A DNA stretch of 64,000 nucleotides from an uncultured delta proteobacterium (GTDB lineage: Bacteria > Myxococcota_A > Polyangia > Polyangiales > Polyangiaceae), in assembly GCA_963850305.1 (NCBI GenBank), contig CAWKKR010000008.1, forward strand, positions 1,344,001-1,408,000, given 5' to 3'. The notes under the pieces are model-generated. The model was given only the letters and a program-made list of their open reading frames with translations. It had not been told where the DNA came from and searched no databases. The translations under genes were made by a program, and so were the position numbers. How positions within the stretch are numbered: the first letter of the stretch is position 1; every line of letters starts with the position of its first letter. Shown here piece after piece: positions 54,368-63,665 of this stretch.

Positions 54368-56843
54368 ACGCGAGCGCGAGCGCTCCGACACTCGCCGTTC
54401 GTCCCTGTCGCGTTCCGACGGAACAACCGCCGCGCGCGGCAAAGCCTGCTTGCGCGACGTTCACGTCCACGGCGATCGGCACGGTCGCCGACGCGAGCAT
54501 CTTGCCGCCGAGCAACGCATCCACCTCGAGCGCCGTGCCGCCCGTTCCCGCGCTCGCCGCGACGGCGAATTCGTACAACCCCGGAGCCGCCTTCGAGAGC
54601 GCCGACGTGACGGTGCCGTTTCTGACCGAAATCGTGAGCGCAGATTCGTCGAAGCCGTCGGCGGCGCGAGAGTTCGCGTCGCGAAGCTGGAGCATCGCCG
54701 CGACGTTCCACGCCGGGTCTGGATGGGCGTAAGTATCCCCGAGGACGAGCCAGCTCGCCTTTGCCGACGGGGCGCGAGTCACGGGCACGGCGAGCGCCTG
54801 TTCGACGTCGAGAGAGTCCGGCAGATAAAGCATCCCCGCGCCAAGCTGCGACGAGAGCGGTACTGCGCCGGACGGATGTCGAGCGCCCGCTTGAAGCAGA
54901 GTCAGGATCTCGTCTTCGGTGAGGGTCGGATCGCCTTGGAGCAGGAGCGCGACCGCGCCGGCAACGATCGGCGACGACATCGAGGTGCCGGCCGTCACTG
55001 CGTGCGTCGAGTCGACCACGGCGCAATCCGTGGGGGGCTCGCACGACCCCTCTGCAAAGATACTCGCAGCGTTCGTTGCGGGATCCGCGGCCCCGCTCAT
55101 CGCGCCCACGACGAACGCGCCCGGAGCGACCAGGTCTGGCTTGATCCGGAAATCCGAGGTCGGTCCTGCGGCGCTGAAAAACGCGATCGAATCCGGCGTC
55201 GGATCCGCGACGCTTCCGAACGGGCCGATCGTCTGCAGTACGCCTTTTCGATCGGTCCACGACGTCCGGTTCAGGGTTGCACCCACGGCGATGAGCCCGC
55301 TGCTCGCCGCAGGCAGCGATATCGTCGACTCCTTCGTCGCTGCGGGAAACACGGCGCCGAGCGAACCAGTATCGGGCCCGAGATCGCCGGTCGACTGTAC
55401 CCACAGATTCGCGGTTCCGTGCCCCTCGAGTCGGATCGCGAACGTCTCGTCGCGTGCCCACGTTCCGTCGATGATGACCACGGCCGCGTTCGCGTCGCCG
55501 AATCCCTCGTCGAGCGGCGTCAATGAACCGTTCGCGATCAGCGCGATGGGGTTCGCGTCGCCTCCCTGGACGGGCGCCGTCTTTCCGACCGGCGCTATCC
55601 AGGGCCCGCTTCGTCGATCGACGCCGACCTTGAGATCGTCGCCAGGCTGAAAGGCGAGGTAGACGAAGATCGTCGCGTTCAGCGTGCTGGCGGTCGTCGT
55701 GGACGCGGTGATGATGGGAATCCGCACCGACGAAAGTTCAGGCACGTTCACTTCGGTGTGCTCGCCGACGGGATTCGGGAACGACGGGATCCCGTCGTAG
55801 AGCGCGGCGCTGTTGCCCGCGGCGACGACGATCGCGCGACCCGGATGCATCGGTCCGACCTCGTCCGCAAGAGCGCGTTCGAGCGACGTGGTTCCGTCGT
55901 GTGGTCCAAAATCGCTTCCGAGACTCAGATTCACTACGGCCGGGACGCGATCGAGCCCGGCCCCGGCTCCCTCCTGCTCGGCGAGCCAGAAGACCATGTC
56001 AGTTGCGGACAGCAGTGAAGAGTCGTCTATGTTGCCGTCGGCATCGACGACGCGCGCAATGATGATGTCTGCGTCCGGCGCGACGCCGACGTATTTCTTC
56101 TCGGCGCCCCCGTTGCCGGCGGCCAGCGACGCGACGTGCGTGCCATGCCCCACGGAGTCCGTCGGGAGTTCGCCGCCGAGATTTTCGGCGAGGCGCGCGT
56201 CGATGTCGGCTTTTGCGTAGACGGCGCAGGGCAGCTTGGTCGTACACCGCGCCTCGGCCATTCCCGCGATCGTCGACGCGCTCGAGCCGGTTTGAATCGG
56301 AGCGCTGCCGTAGTCGATCAGATACAGGACGCGCGACGTACCATCCGGGTTTCGAAAGTCGGCCAGCGTCACGTCCGCGCCGGTGTCGACAATCCCGACG
56401 ATCACGCCCTCGCCGTTCCGCCCGGTCTGGTCGCGAAACGTCGTTGCGCCGGTCCAGACTGCCGCACGATCCATGAGCGGTCGAAGCGGCGCCGTCCAGG
56501 TCATTTGCCACGTCGGGTGCGCGCGTGACAGCGTGTCCAGGTCGGCGCGCGGCGCGCGTATTGCACTCCACTGATCGCCGAACCGCGGCAAGCCCCACAC
56601 TCTCGGGTCCTCACCCGCGGGAACCTCGATGATCGCGGAGAGTTCGCTTCGGCCATATAGTCCGCGCGCGGAGAGCGTCGCACCCGTGTGAGGCGCGGCG
56701 CGGATGATGCCACGCAGGTCGACCTGGGCGTTCGCCGCCGGTGCGAAGATGAGCGCGCCGACGACCATGGCCCTGACGGCGGCGCGACGTGACGTCGGAA
56801 GACGAATGCGGACCTGGGTGTTCAAAGTGTCCGAGCGACTCAC
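54294..56843 (-). CDS. S8 subtilisin-family serine peptidase with MYXO-CTERM-like tail
   Basis: Catalytic VDTG, HGTHV, GTSMS; AAGN; C-terminal GGCSV...LALAFMAWRGRR. Confidence 0.92.
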   Translation of the reverse strand: MSRSDTLNTQVRIRLPTSRRAAVRAMVVGALIFAPAANAQVDLRGIIRAAPHTGATLSARGLYGRSELSAIIEVPAGEDPRVWGLPRFGDQWSAIRAPRADLDTLSRAHPTWQMTWTAPLRPLMDRAAVWTGATTFRDQTGRNGEGVIVGIVDTGADVTLADFRNPDGTSRVLYLIDYGSAPIQTGSSASTIAGMAEARCTTKLPCAVYAKADIDARLAENLGGELPTDSVGHGTHVASLAAGNGGAEKKYVGVAPDADIIIARVVDADGNIDDSSLLSATDMVFWLAEQEGAGAGLDRVPAVVNLSLGSDFGPHDGTTSLERALADEVGPMHPGRAIVVAAGNSAALYDGIPSFPNPVGEHTEVNVPELSSVRIPIITASTTTASTLNATIFVYLAFQPGDDLKVGVDRRSGPWIAPVGKTAPVQGGDANPIALIANGSLTPLDEGFGDANAAVVIIDGTWARDETFAIRLEGHGTANLWVQSTGDLGPDTGSLGAVFPAATKESTISLPAASSGLIAVGATLNRTSWTDRKGVLQTIGPFGSVADPTPDSIAFFSAAGPTSDFRIKPDLVAPGAFVVGAMSGAADPATNAASIFAEGSCEPPTDCAVVDSTHAVTAGTSMSSPIVAGAVALLLQGDPTLTEDEILTLLQAGARHPSGAVPLSSQLGAGMLYLPDSLDVEQALAVPVTRAPSAKASWLVLGDTYAHPDPAWNVAAMLQLRDANSRAADGFDESALTISVRNGTVTSALSKAAPGLYEFAVAASAGTGGTALEVDALLGGKMLASATVPIAVDVNVAQAGFAARGGCSVGTRQGRTASVGALALAFMAWRGRRYRRGARKARNRDRTDS

Positions 56844-58369
56844 ATCGGGGGGATGAGGTGTTTCTTCGGCGGCGTGGCTTCTGCCTTGTCGCGATACCGA
56901 TCGAAGCGCGCCGCCACTTCCGCGCGAAGGCGGTCAAATGGAATCACGGCGTCCACGACGAGCTCGCTCGCGAGCTTCGCGATGTCCACGTCGTTCCGGT
57001 AATCTTCGCGCAGAGACTCCACCAGCGCTGCCCGCTCGGGTCCGTCGGGAACTGCCTGGATGCGATTGTAATAAACGGCATTCACGGCCGCCTGAGGTCC
57101 CATGACGGCGATCGACGCCGTGGGCAACGCGATACACGCGTCGGGCTCGAAAGCCGGACCGCACATCGCGTAAAGGCCAGCTCCGTAGGCCTTGCGCACG
57201 ATGACGCTGACCTTCGGCACCGTCGCCTGGCTCACCGCCGCAATCATCTTCGCGCCTGCCCGGATGATGCCTTGCCGCTCCACCTTGGTCCCGATCATGA
57301 AGCCCGGAACGTCCGCGAGATAGAGGAGCGGGACATTGAACGCGTCACACAGCCAGATGAAGCGAGCCGCCTTGTTCGCGCTATCCATGAAGAGCACTCC
57401 GCCGAGGTGCTTCGGCTGGTTCGCGACGATGCCCACCGCGTGACCCTGGATCCGACCGAACCCCGTCAGAATCTCCCTGGCGAAGCGATCCTTGAGCGGC
57501 AAGAAACTGCCGTCGTCCACGACGTGATCGATGACCTCGCGCATATCGAATGCCTTGTTTTCGTCCGCGATGACGACGTCTGCGAGCGGGCGCAGTCCGT
57601 CGCGCGGCTCTCCGGGTCCGGTCTTGCCGGGCGCGCCGCGATGGTTCTGCGGCATGTACGACAGGTAGCCCTTCGCCCACGCGATCGCCTCGTCCTCCGT
57701 CTCGACCAGCACGTCTCCGCAACCGGAGACCGACGTGTGCATCTTTGCGCCGCCCATTTCCTCGAGGGTCACCTTTTCGCCGATGACCACCTCCGCCATC
57801 CGCGGCGAGCCCAGGTACATGGCCGCGTTTCCGTCCACCATGACCACGACGTCGCAAAACGCGGGAATGTACGCACCGCCGGCTGCAGACGGTCCGAACA
57901 GCAGGCAGATCTGCGGCACTCGTCCCGAGAGCGCGACCTGATTGTAGAAGATCCGCCCGGCTCCACGTCGGCCCGGGAACATCTCCACCTGGTCGGTGAT
58001 CCGCGCGCCTGCGGAGTCCACGAGATAGAAGAGCGGACACTCGAGATCCCGTGCCACCTCCTGAATCCGGAGGATCTTCTCGACCGTGCGGGCACCCCAC
58101 GAGCCCGCCTTGACGGTCGAGTCGTTGGCCATGAGCGCGACGATCCGACCATCGATCTGGGCAGTTCCCGTGACGACTCCGTCCGCGGGCAAATCCTCTG
58201 CGCATGCGTTCGCGAGCAACCCGTCCTCGACGAACGAACCGGAGTCCACGAGTCGCGCCACGCGCTCGCGTGCGAACAGCTTGCCGTCCGAGGTGTTCTT
58301 CTCGTGATACTTGGTCGCCCCACCTGCGCGGGACGCGGCTTCGAGCGCTCGCAGCTCTTCGTCCTTCAC
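56840..58369 (-). CDS. Acyl-CoA carboxylase carboxyltransferase (beta) subunit
   Basis: GKLFARERV, DSAGAR, GPSAAGGAY, DVPGFMIG, RKAYGAG. Confidence 0.94.
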   Translation of the reverse strand: MKDEELRALEAASRAGGATKYHEKNTSDGKLFARERVARLVDSGSFVEDGLLANACAEDLPADGVVTGTAQIDGRIVALMANDSTVKAGSWGARTVEKILRIQEVARDLECPLFYLVDSAGARITDQVEMFPGRRGAGRIFYNQVALSGRVPQICLLFGPSAAGGAYIPAFCDVVVMVDGNAAMYLGSPRMAEVVIGEKVTLEEMGGAKMHTSVSGCGDVLVETEDEAIAWAKGYLSYMPQNHRGAPGKTGPGEPRDGLRPLADVVIADENKAFDMREVIDHVVDDGSFLPLKDRFAREILTGFGRIQGHAVGIVANQPKHLGGVLFMDSANKAARFIWLCDAFNVPLLYLADVPGFMIGTKVERQGIIRAGAKMIAAVSQATVPKVSVIVRKAYGAGLYAMCGPAFEPDACIALPTASIAVMGPQAAVNAVYYNRIQAVPDGPERAALVESLREDYRNDVDIAKLASELVVDAVIPFDRLRAEVAARFDRYRDKAEATPPKKHLIPPM

Positions 58370-58392
58370 GCGACGTTCCTAGGGTTCGAGGC

Positions 58393-59397
58393 TCATCGTT
58401 CGGCGATCAACCGCTCTACGAGCGCGTCCAGTTTCGGCAGATGCACGGCATCGTAGCCGACCATGACGTCGCGCACCGTCCCTCTTCGATCGATCACGAA
58501 TACTGCGGGAATCGCCATCGCCTGGTACGCGGAGACCGTCTTTCCGGACTCATCCGACGCCACGGGGTATTTCATCCCGAGCTCCGAGGCCGTGGCTGCG
58601 GCTTGATCGGCGGGGTCCGCCGTAATCGCGATCATTCGCAACCCTCGCGCCGAGTATCGGTCGTGCCACTGGTTCATGTGAGGGACCAGTGCGCGGCATG
58701 CGACGCACCAGGGCGCCCAGAACTCCACGACCAGAACCTGCCCCCGCTGCGCCTGGAGTGTCGGCTTGAAACTCCCATTAGCGATCTTGAGTGCATCGAA
58801 GGGCGGCGCTGGTTGATCGACGAAGGTCATCCGATAGATCTCGTCGCGTTCCGGCAGCGCACCCAGGATCACGGCAACGAGGCGATCTGCTCCGCGTCGC
58901 TTCAACGCCAGGCCGAGCCGCGCCCCCGCGTGCTGCCCGGACACGATCCCGATCACGTCCGATGGCGATGCCACGGGCTGATCGTCGATGCGCATGACGA
59001 GGTCTCCGGCAAGGATCCCCGCAGCCTCAGCCGGCGACTTGGGCACGACTCGGCCGATGCGCACCCCTGCTTCCGCTGGCGCGGCGGCTTCGAGCTCGAC
59101 CCCGAGCCATCCGCGGGCGTCGTTCGTATCTTCATTGACCACGGCCTCCGTCTGGGGCGCGGCGCTGGCTGCCGTCGGGACGTCGCGCGGCGCCGCCGCT
59201 GCGGCGGTTACGTCCGGCCGCGCCCGACTGGGTGCCAGGACTGCTGCGGGAGGCGCGCTCACGGGAGCTGGCGTCGGAGCGGCGAGCGCGGCGCCGGGAG
59301 GTGCTGTTACGGAAGGTGCTGCGACGGGCCGCCGATTGGCGCAGCCGACTGCGATGAGAACGGCGAACGCGGCAGAACGGCCTTGAGGAACATGCAT
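58393..59397 (-). CDS. PDZ + TlpA-like thioredoxin lipoprotein
   Basis: Lipobox AVGC; GWLGV...SPAEAAGILAGD PDZ domain; EFWAPWCVAC. Confidence 0.88.
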   Translation of the reverse strand: MHVPQGRSAAFAVLIAVGCANRRPVAAPSVTAPPGAALAAPTPAPVSAPPAAVLAPSRARPDVTAAAAAPRDVPTAASAAPQTEAVVNEDTNDARGWLGVELEAAAPAEAGVRIGRVVPKSPAEAAGILAGDLVMRIDDQPVASPSDVIGIVSGQHAGARLGLALKRRGADRLVAVILGALPERDEIYRMTFVDQPAPPFDALKIANGSFKPTLQAQRGQVLVVEFWAPWCVACRALVPHMNQWHDRYSARGLRMIAITADPADQAAATASELGMKYPVASDESGKTVSAYQAMAIPAVFVIDRRGTVRDVMVGYDAVHLPKLDALVERLIAER

Positions 59398-59420
59398 TTG
59401 GACCTTGCTACCATGGCGCG

Positions 59421-59939
59421 ATGGTGTGCTCGCGTCGAGGCAAGGTGAGATGGGGGTTCGCCGTGTGTCTCTTCGTCTGGCCCTGGGGCGCAGCTTGCGC
59501 GTCGCCTGCGACGACGGCCCTCGCGCCGGTGCCGCCCACGGCCAGGTGGGCGCTCCTCGACACCGCGCGCCGGTGGCCGAGCGCGAGCCCGCCTTTCCCT
59601 TCTCGCGGTCACGGCGTTGGAGACTACTTGATCGACGTACACGTCTCGCCGTCGAGTCTCGCCGCGTACGTGCGCGGCGATCGCGAGGGGATGTCGGGCG
59701 CCGTGACGATAGCGGCCTTTCACCGTCGTGAGGCCGACGGGGCCCTTGGCTCCATTTTCGTGATGACCCGCTCAGCCGTCGGGAAATTTCGGTTCATGGT
59801 CGTCGACCCGGAGGGCCGTCTTTCGGAGGACGGCCCGCTTCCCCTTTGTGCGCGGTGCCACGCGGAAGCGTCTCGACAGCTCTTCGGGCTCCCGAACGAC
59901 GTCCCGAACGCGACAGAAAAGAGCGCAGCCGGGAATTGA
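59421..59939 (+). CDS. Putative c-type cytochrome, P460/c'-beta-like
   Basis: Signal/lipobox-like N-terminus; FPSRGH; single C-terminal CARCH heme motif. Start uncertain. Confidence 0.6.
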   Translation: MVCSRRGKVRWGFAVCLFVWPWGAACASPATTALAPVPPTARWALLDTARRWPSASPPFPSRGHGVGDYLIDVHVSPSSLAAYVRGDREGMSGAVTIAAFHRREADGALGSIFVMTRSAVGKFRFMVVDPEGRLSEDGPLPLCARCHAEASRQLFGLPNDVPNATEKSAAGN

Positions 59940-59977
59940 CGGCTATCTCTGGACGTTCGGTGGGTGAGAGGAAATGT

Positions 59978-60025
59978 TACAAAACATGACGACCCGCGGG
60001 TGCTTGCACACCAACGCGGGCCATC
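59978..60025 (-). terminator. Putative terminator hairpin
   Basis: Minus strand GATGGCCCGCG...CGCGGGTCGTC (11-bp stem with two G-U pairs, plus inner GGTG/CACC), followed by ATGTTTTGT. Confidence 0.5.
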
Positions 60026-60186
60026 CGAAAGCCTCTCAAAGGACTGCGAAAAGAGCTAAAAAAGCTAGGAAACCAAGGAAGCCTAAGGTTCGGTTAATTT
60101 AAGGGCCTGCTCGGAGCAGGCGAAAAAAAGGGGGAAAGTCAAAAGTCCCGTGATGCGACGTCGCTGACTTCACGAGGGCTATCGGG
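59978..60186 (-). ncRNA. Candidate sigma54-dependent small RNA (~200 nt)
   Basis: No minus-strand gene downstream of the promoter; hairpins plus C/U-rich tracts; terminal stem that needs G-U pairs on this strand. Confidence 0.45.
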
Positions 60187-60196
60187 CAGGTCTCCT

Positions 60197-60212
60197 AGCA
60201 GGGGTCGTGCCA
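60197..60212 (-). promoter_or_regulatory. sigma54 -24/-12 promoter
   Basis: Minus strand TGGCACGACCCCTGCT; GG at 60211-60210, GC at 60199-60198. Confidence 0.6.
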
Positions 60213-60441
60213 GGAGCGCAATCCCTCGGGTAACACGGCCAAAACCGGGCTCTCCGGAGCAGGTTTTCGACGCAGCGCGGTGCGCCCCACGACGCCCCTG
60301 TCCGAAGACGCTCCCGGTATCGCAAAGTTTGCGAACTCGCTCCTGCAGGGCCGGTCGTTCGCGACGTCCGTGGTTGGCAGATCCGCCGAGGCCACGCGAT
60401 TGTGATATTACGCCGTCCCTCGGCGGGCCATCCGTCGGTAC

Positions 60442-60515
<74 letters not shown>

Positions 60516-60754
60516 CAAAGGAAATCACAGGGGATTTCGTCGGGGACGAAAGCGAGCGTGGCAACTCGGAGCGACAGGGTTCCGATGCGTCTCGCGATGA
60601 GCATGCCTTCCGTGGATCTGACGGTCGTTCGGATGGAGCGTGGGAGTGCTCGTCGAGCCAGCATCCCGTCCCGCAGGGGGTATCCATGCTCCGGCCCCTG
60701 TGACATCCTTCAAGCAGTCGACCAGTCTCAGCACCAAACAAAGGGAGGTATCGG

Positions 60755-61777
60755 ATGGCGAACGACGCGAACAACCCGATGAAGCCTCTCTACAAGCGGC
60801 TCGGCGACCTCGGTCTCACGAAGGCGTACGTACAGGGGAAGGTGCTCCCGAGCTGGTGGAGCGACGAAGCAGCGACGAACCCCGCCGGGTTCTCGGAGGC
60901 AGTCGTGCTCTTGTCTCGCCATCTTGGGCTCGACAGCGAGACGCTGCGAGGCTCCGGCGAGATCCGACTAACGGGTGAGCCGATGGTCAAATTGAAGAAG
61001 GCGGCTAACGCTAACGACGATGATCTCGCCGTCGCTCGGAGGCTCGCGCTCCAGGTCGCTCGACTCGCCTTGCTCGGCGTGTCTGCGCCAGCGCCCAAGG
61101 TGCCCTCTTCGGGAATCGAGCTGCGCCAGCAGATCCTCGACCAAGATCAGCCATGGGTCAGTCTCGAAACGCTGCTCGACTACTGCTGGTCGATCGGGAT
61201 TCCGGTGCTTCACGTGTCTGCGTTCCCAAAGAACGCGAAGCGCATGCACGGTCTCGCTGCAAAGGTCGCCGGTCGTCCCGTAATCGTGATCTCCAAGGAG
61301 GTTCAGCAGCCGGCCTGGCTGCTCTTCATCCTCGCCCATGAGTTGGGCCACATCGCGCTTGGGCACGTCGAAGAGGAAGACGCCGTCGTCGTTGACGCCG
61401 AAATTGACCAAGATAGCGCCGACGACGAAGAGCGTCAGGCGAACGCCTTTGCGTTGGAACTGCTTTGCGGAAATGCACAGACCCGTTTTCGAGCGGAGCG
61501 CTGGCCGAAGGCAGCCGTGCTTGCTCAGGAAGCGGTCAGGATCGGCCAGCAACAGCACATCGATCCGGGTCATGTCGTCCTGAACTACGCGCACTCTATG
61601 GGCCCCGAGTTCTTCGCGGTCGCCAACGCGGCGCTCAAGAACTTGGAGCCAAACCCTGACGGTGTTGGGACGATCCGAAAAAAGATGGCGGCAGCGCTCG
61701 ACTGGTCGCTCCTTCCCACCGAGGCCGCTGAGTTCGTCTCTCGGATGACGCAGGCAGAACTCGCCTCGGCAGCGTGA
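60755..61777 (+). CDS. ImmA/IrrE family Zn metallo-endopeptidase
   Basis: FILAHELGH (HExxH), EERQANAFALELL; strong SD GGAGGT. Confidence 0.9.
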   Translation: MANDANNPMKPLYKRLGDLGLTKAYVQGKVLPSWWSDEAATNPAGFSEAVVLLSRHLGLDSETLRGSGEIRLTGEPMVKLKKAANANDDDLAVARRLALQVARLALLGVSAPAPKVPSSGIELRQQILDQDQPWVSLETLLDYCWSIGIPVLHVSAFPKNAKRMHGLAAKVAGRPVIVISKEVQQPAWLLFILAHELGHIALGHVEEEDAVVVDAEIDQDSADDEERQANAFALELLCGNAQTRFRAERWPKAAVLAQEAVRIGQQQHIDPGHVVLNYAHSMGPEFFAVANAALKNLEPNPDGVGTIRKKMAAALDWSLLPTEAAEFVSRMTQAELASAA

Positions 61778-62403
61778 AGGCGTTCTGCGACAACGACATC
61801 CTCCACAAGCTCTGCGCGTTCGATCTCCTCGAAGACGCGACGGCAGGAGCCGGGCTTGCACCGGGCGACCTGGTGGCCCTTCCGACCGCGAAGTTCTTCT
61901 TTCTTCGGAAGCAACCAGACAAGGGTCGGCAGCGCTTCGGTGACCTCGTGTACCAGCGCATTCACGGTGCGTTGAACGCGGCTGGGGAGGTGGGCGTTCA
62001 GCTACACCCCGAGGACGAAAAGATCCTGATCAACAGGCTCGGCATCGACCAGGGGGAGGCGCTCCTGTTCTCCTACGCCTCTCGGGACGAGGGTTCACTG
62101 CTTACGGGCGATAAGCGAAGCCTTCTGGCGCTCACGGCGGAGCCGTCGTGCAGCGACATCGTTGCTCGCTTGCAGGGTCGAGTCGTCTGCCTGGAGCAGC
62201 TCGTGCTCGGCGCAATCGCACGCGCCGGGTTCGTGTCGGTTCGAGAAAGGATCGTGCCCGCGATCGGGTGGGACAAGGTCATGCGGGTGGCCTTCGGATC
62301 GGGCCTCAGCACCGAGGAGGGCTCAGCCGTGGCAGCGCTCGAATACTACGTCGCCGACCTGCGCAAGCAGACGGGTTCGCTGCTGCGGCAGGAAAGCGTG
62401 TAG
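61774..62403 (+). CDS. PIN-like domain protein (putative nuclease/toxin)
   Basis: FCDNDIL, IDQGEALL, LLTGDKR acidic residues in PIN order; GTGA overlap with the peptidase stop. Confidence 0.7.
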   Translation: MKAFCDNDILHKLCAFDLLEDATAGAGLAPGDLVALPTAKFFFLRKQPDKGRQRFGDLVYQRIHGALNAAGEVGVQLHPEDEKILINRLGIDQGEALLFSYASRDEGSLLTGDKRSLLALTAEPSCSDIVARLQGRVVCLEQLVLGAIARAGFVSVRERIVPAIGWDKVMRVAFGSGLSTEEGSAVAALEYYVADLRKQTGSLLRQESV

Positions 62404-62629
62404 CCTGACGCCATGCTTGTCGCGACGGGAGAGTGCCACCGCGGCTGGGCGAGAGAGCCGCCGCGACGGCATCGACGGGAAGATCGAGGAACTTGAGCGC
62501 GCTCAAAGTCCCAATGTGAGCAACTGACCTGGTCGCAGCGTTGTGTCGCCGGTCCACTCCGGATATCGTGCCCGCGCGGGTGGGTCGGTACCGAGGTTCG
62601 ATCGAGGTCGAACGGGAGCCGTCACGTCC

Positions 62630-63298
62630 GTGACGAAGGCCGTCATCTTCGATTGCGACGGCACGATCGTCGATAGCCTCGGCCTCGCGAACGAGGTTCT
62701 CTCGGAGTACCTGGGTGAACTCGGTTTTCAGGTCACCCACGCTGAGGCGGCGGCGCGGTTCGGAGGCGGGAAGCTCGCCGATTCAATCGCGAAGTTCGAG
62801 GCTGACTTCGACCGGAACCTTCCCGAGACGTTCACCACGGAGCTGCGACGCCGACGGGACGTAGCTTTCCAATCCCGGTTGATGCCGTTGGAAGGAGCAG
62901 AGGAAGTCGTTCGCAGCCTGGATGTGCCCCGGTGCGTCGCCAGCAACGGGCCTCGTGAGCAGACGGAGCTGAGCCTCCGTGTCACTGGTCTCTTGCCGCA
63001 CTTCGAGGGCCGAGTGTTCTCAGCCTACGACATCGGCGTCTGGAAGCCCGACCCCGGTCTGTTCCTTCACGTCGCAGATGCACTTCGGTTGCGCCCCGAG
63101 GACTGCCTGGTCGTCGAGGACAGCCTTCCCGGAATCGAGGCGGGCCTCGCCGCTCGAATGAGCGTGGTGGCTATCACCTCCACCGAGCCACCGTTTCGTA
63201 TTCCTCCCGGCGTTCGCCGGATCCGACGACTCGCCGAGCTTGCGGACCATGTTCCCTTCGATCCGCCACGCCGAGGGGGCTCGGCCGATCTCCGGTGA
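62630..63298 (+). CDS. HAD-IA family hydrolase
   Basis: IFDCDGTIVDS, ASN, KPDPGLFL, VEDS..GIEAG. Confidence 0.92.
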   Translation: MTKAVIFDCDGTIVDSLGLANEVLSEYLGELGFQVTHAEAAARFGGGKLADSIAKFEADFDRNLPETFTTELRRRRDVAFQSRLMPLEGAEEVVRSLDVPRCVASNGPREQTELSLRVTGLLPHFEGRVFSAYDIGVWKPDPGLFLHVADALRLRPEDCLVVEDSLPGIEAGLAARMSVVAITSTEPPFRIPPGVRRIRRLAELADHVPFDPPRRGGSADLR

Positions 63299-63665
63299 GG
63301 AACAAGCATTCGCGGCGTGGTGGGCTGCGAGGAAGGGGGAGCGGCGTCACGGTTGAAGCACTGGGTATCGTGCCGACCTCCGGCGCCCTGGAATCTGCCG
63401 TCCTGGAAGATCCTCCATCCCCCAGAGGGCCTTCTCACGGGCGATGTGCGGCAGAGCCTCGACATCGGCGGCGCCGGGCGCACCTGAAGGCCGCGACGCT
63501 CCGGAGTCCTCATGAACGAGCCCTCCGTGATTCTGAGCTAGGAGCCCGACGCTGATCACCATGAAGACCGCCAAGGCGACGAGGAGCATGGTCTTGGTGG
63601 TCTTGGGCATCGGCACGGCTTCCGGGATGGACACCGCCGCCCCGAGAAGGTTCCGGTGGTGCCTC

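Noticed and set aside
59414..59430. TGGCGC...TGCT sigma54-like motif
   Set aside because: GG-to-GC spacing is off by one base.
59974..60102. Plus-strand 42-codon basic ORF (MLQNMTTRG...KKARKPRKPKVRLI)
   Set aside because: A-ending codons are atypical for this genome, and the Lys/Arg richness follows from the A/G-rich strand. Better explained as the antisense of the candidate sRNA, though not excluded.
62404..62629. Short coiled-coil-like fragment (GIDGKIEELERAQ)
   Set aside because: No convincing start or family motif; may be a gene remnant but cannot be supported.
63347..63634. Minus-strand ORF with a hydrophobic N-terminus (MPKTTKTMLLVALAVF...)
   Set aside because: Signal-like start, but the remainder has no recognisable features; could be a remnant. 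Insufficient support.
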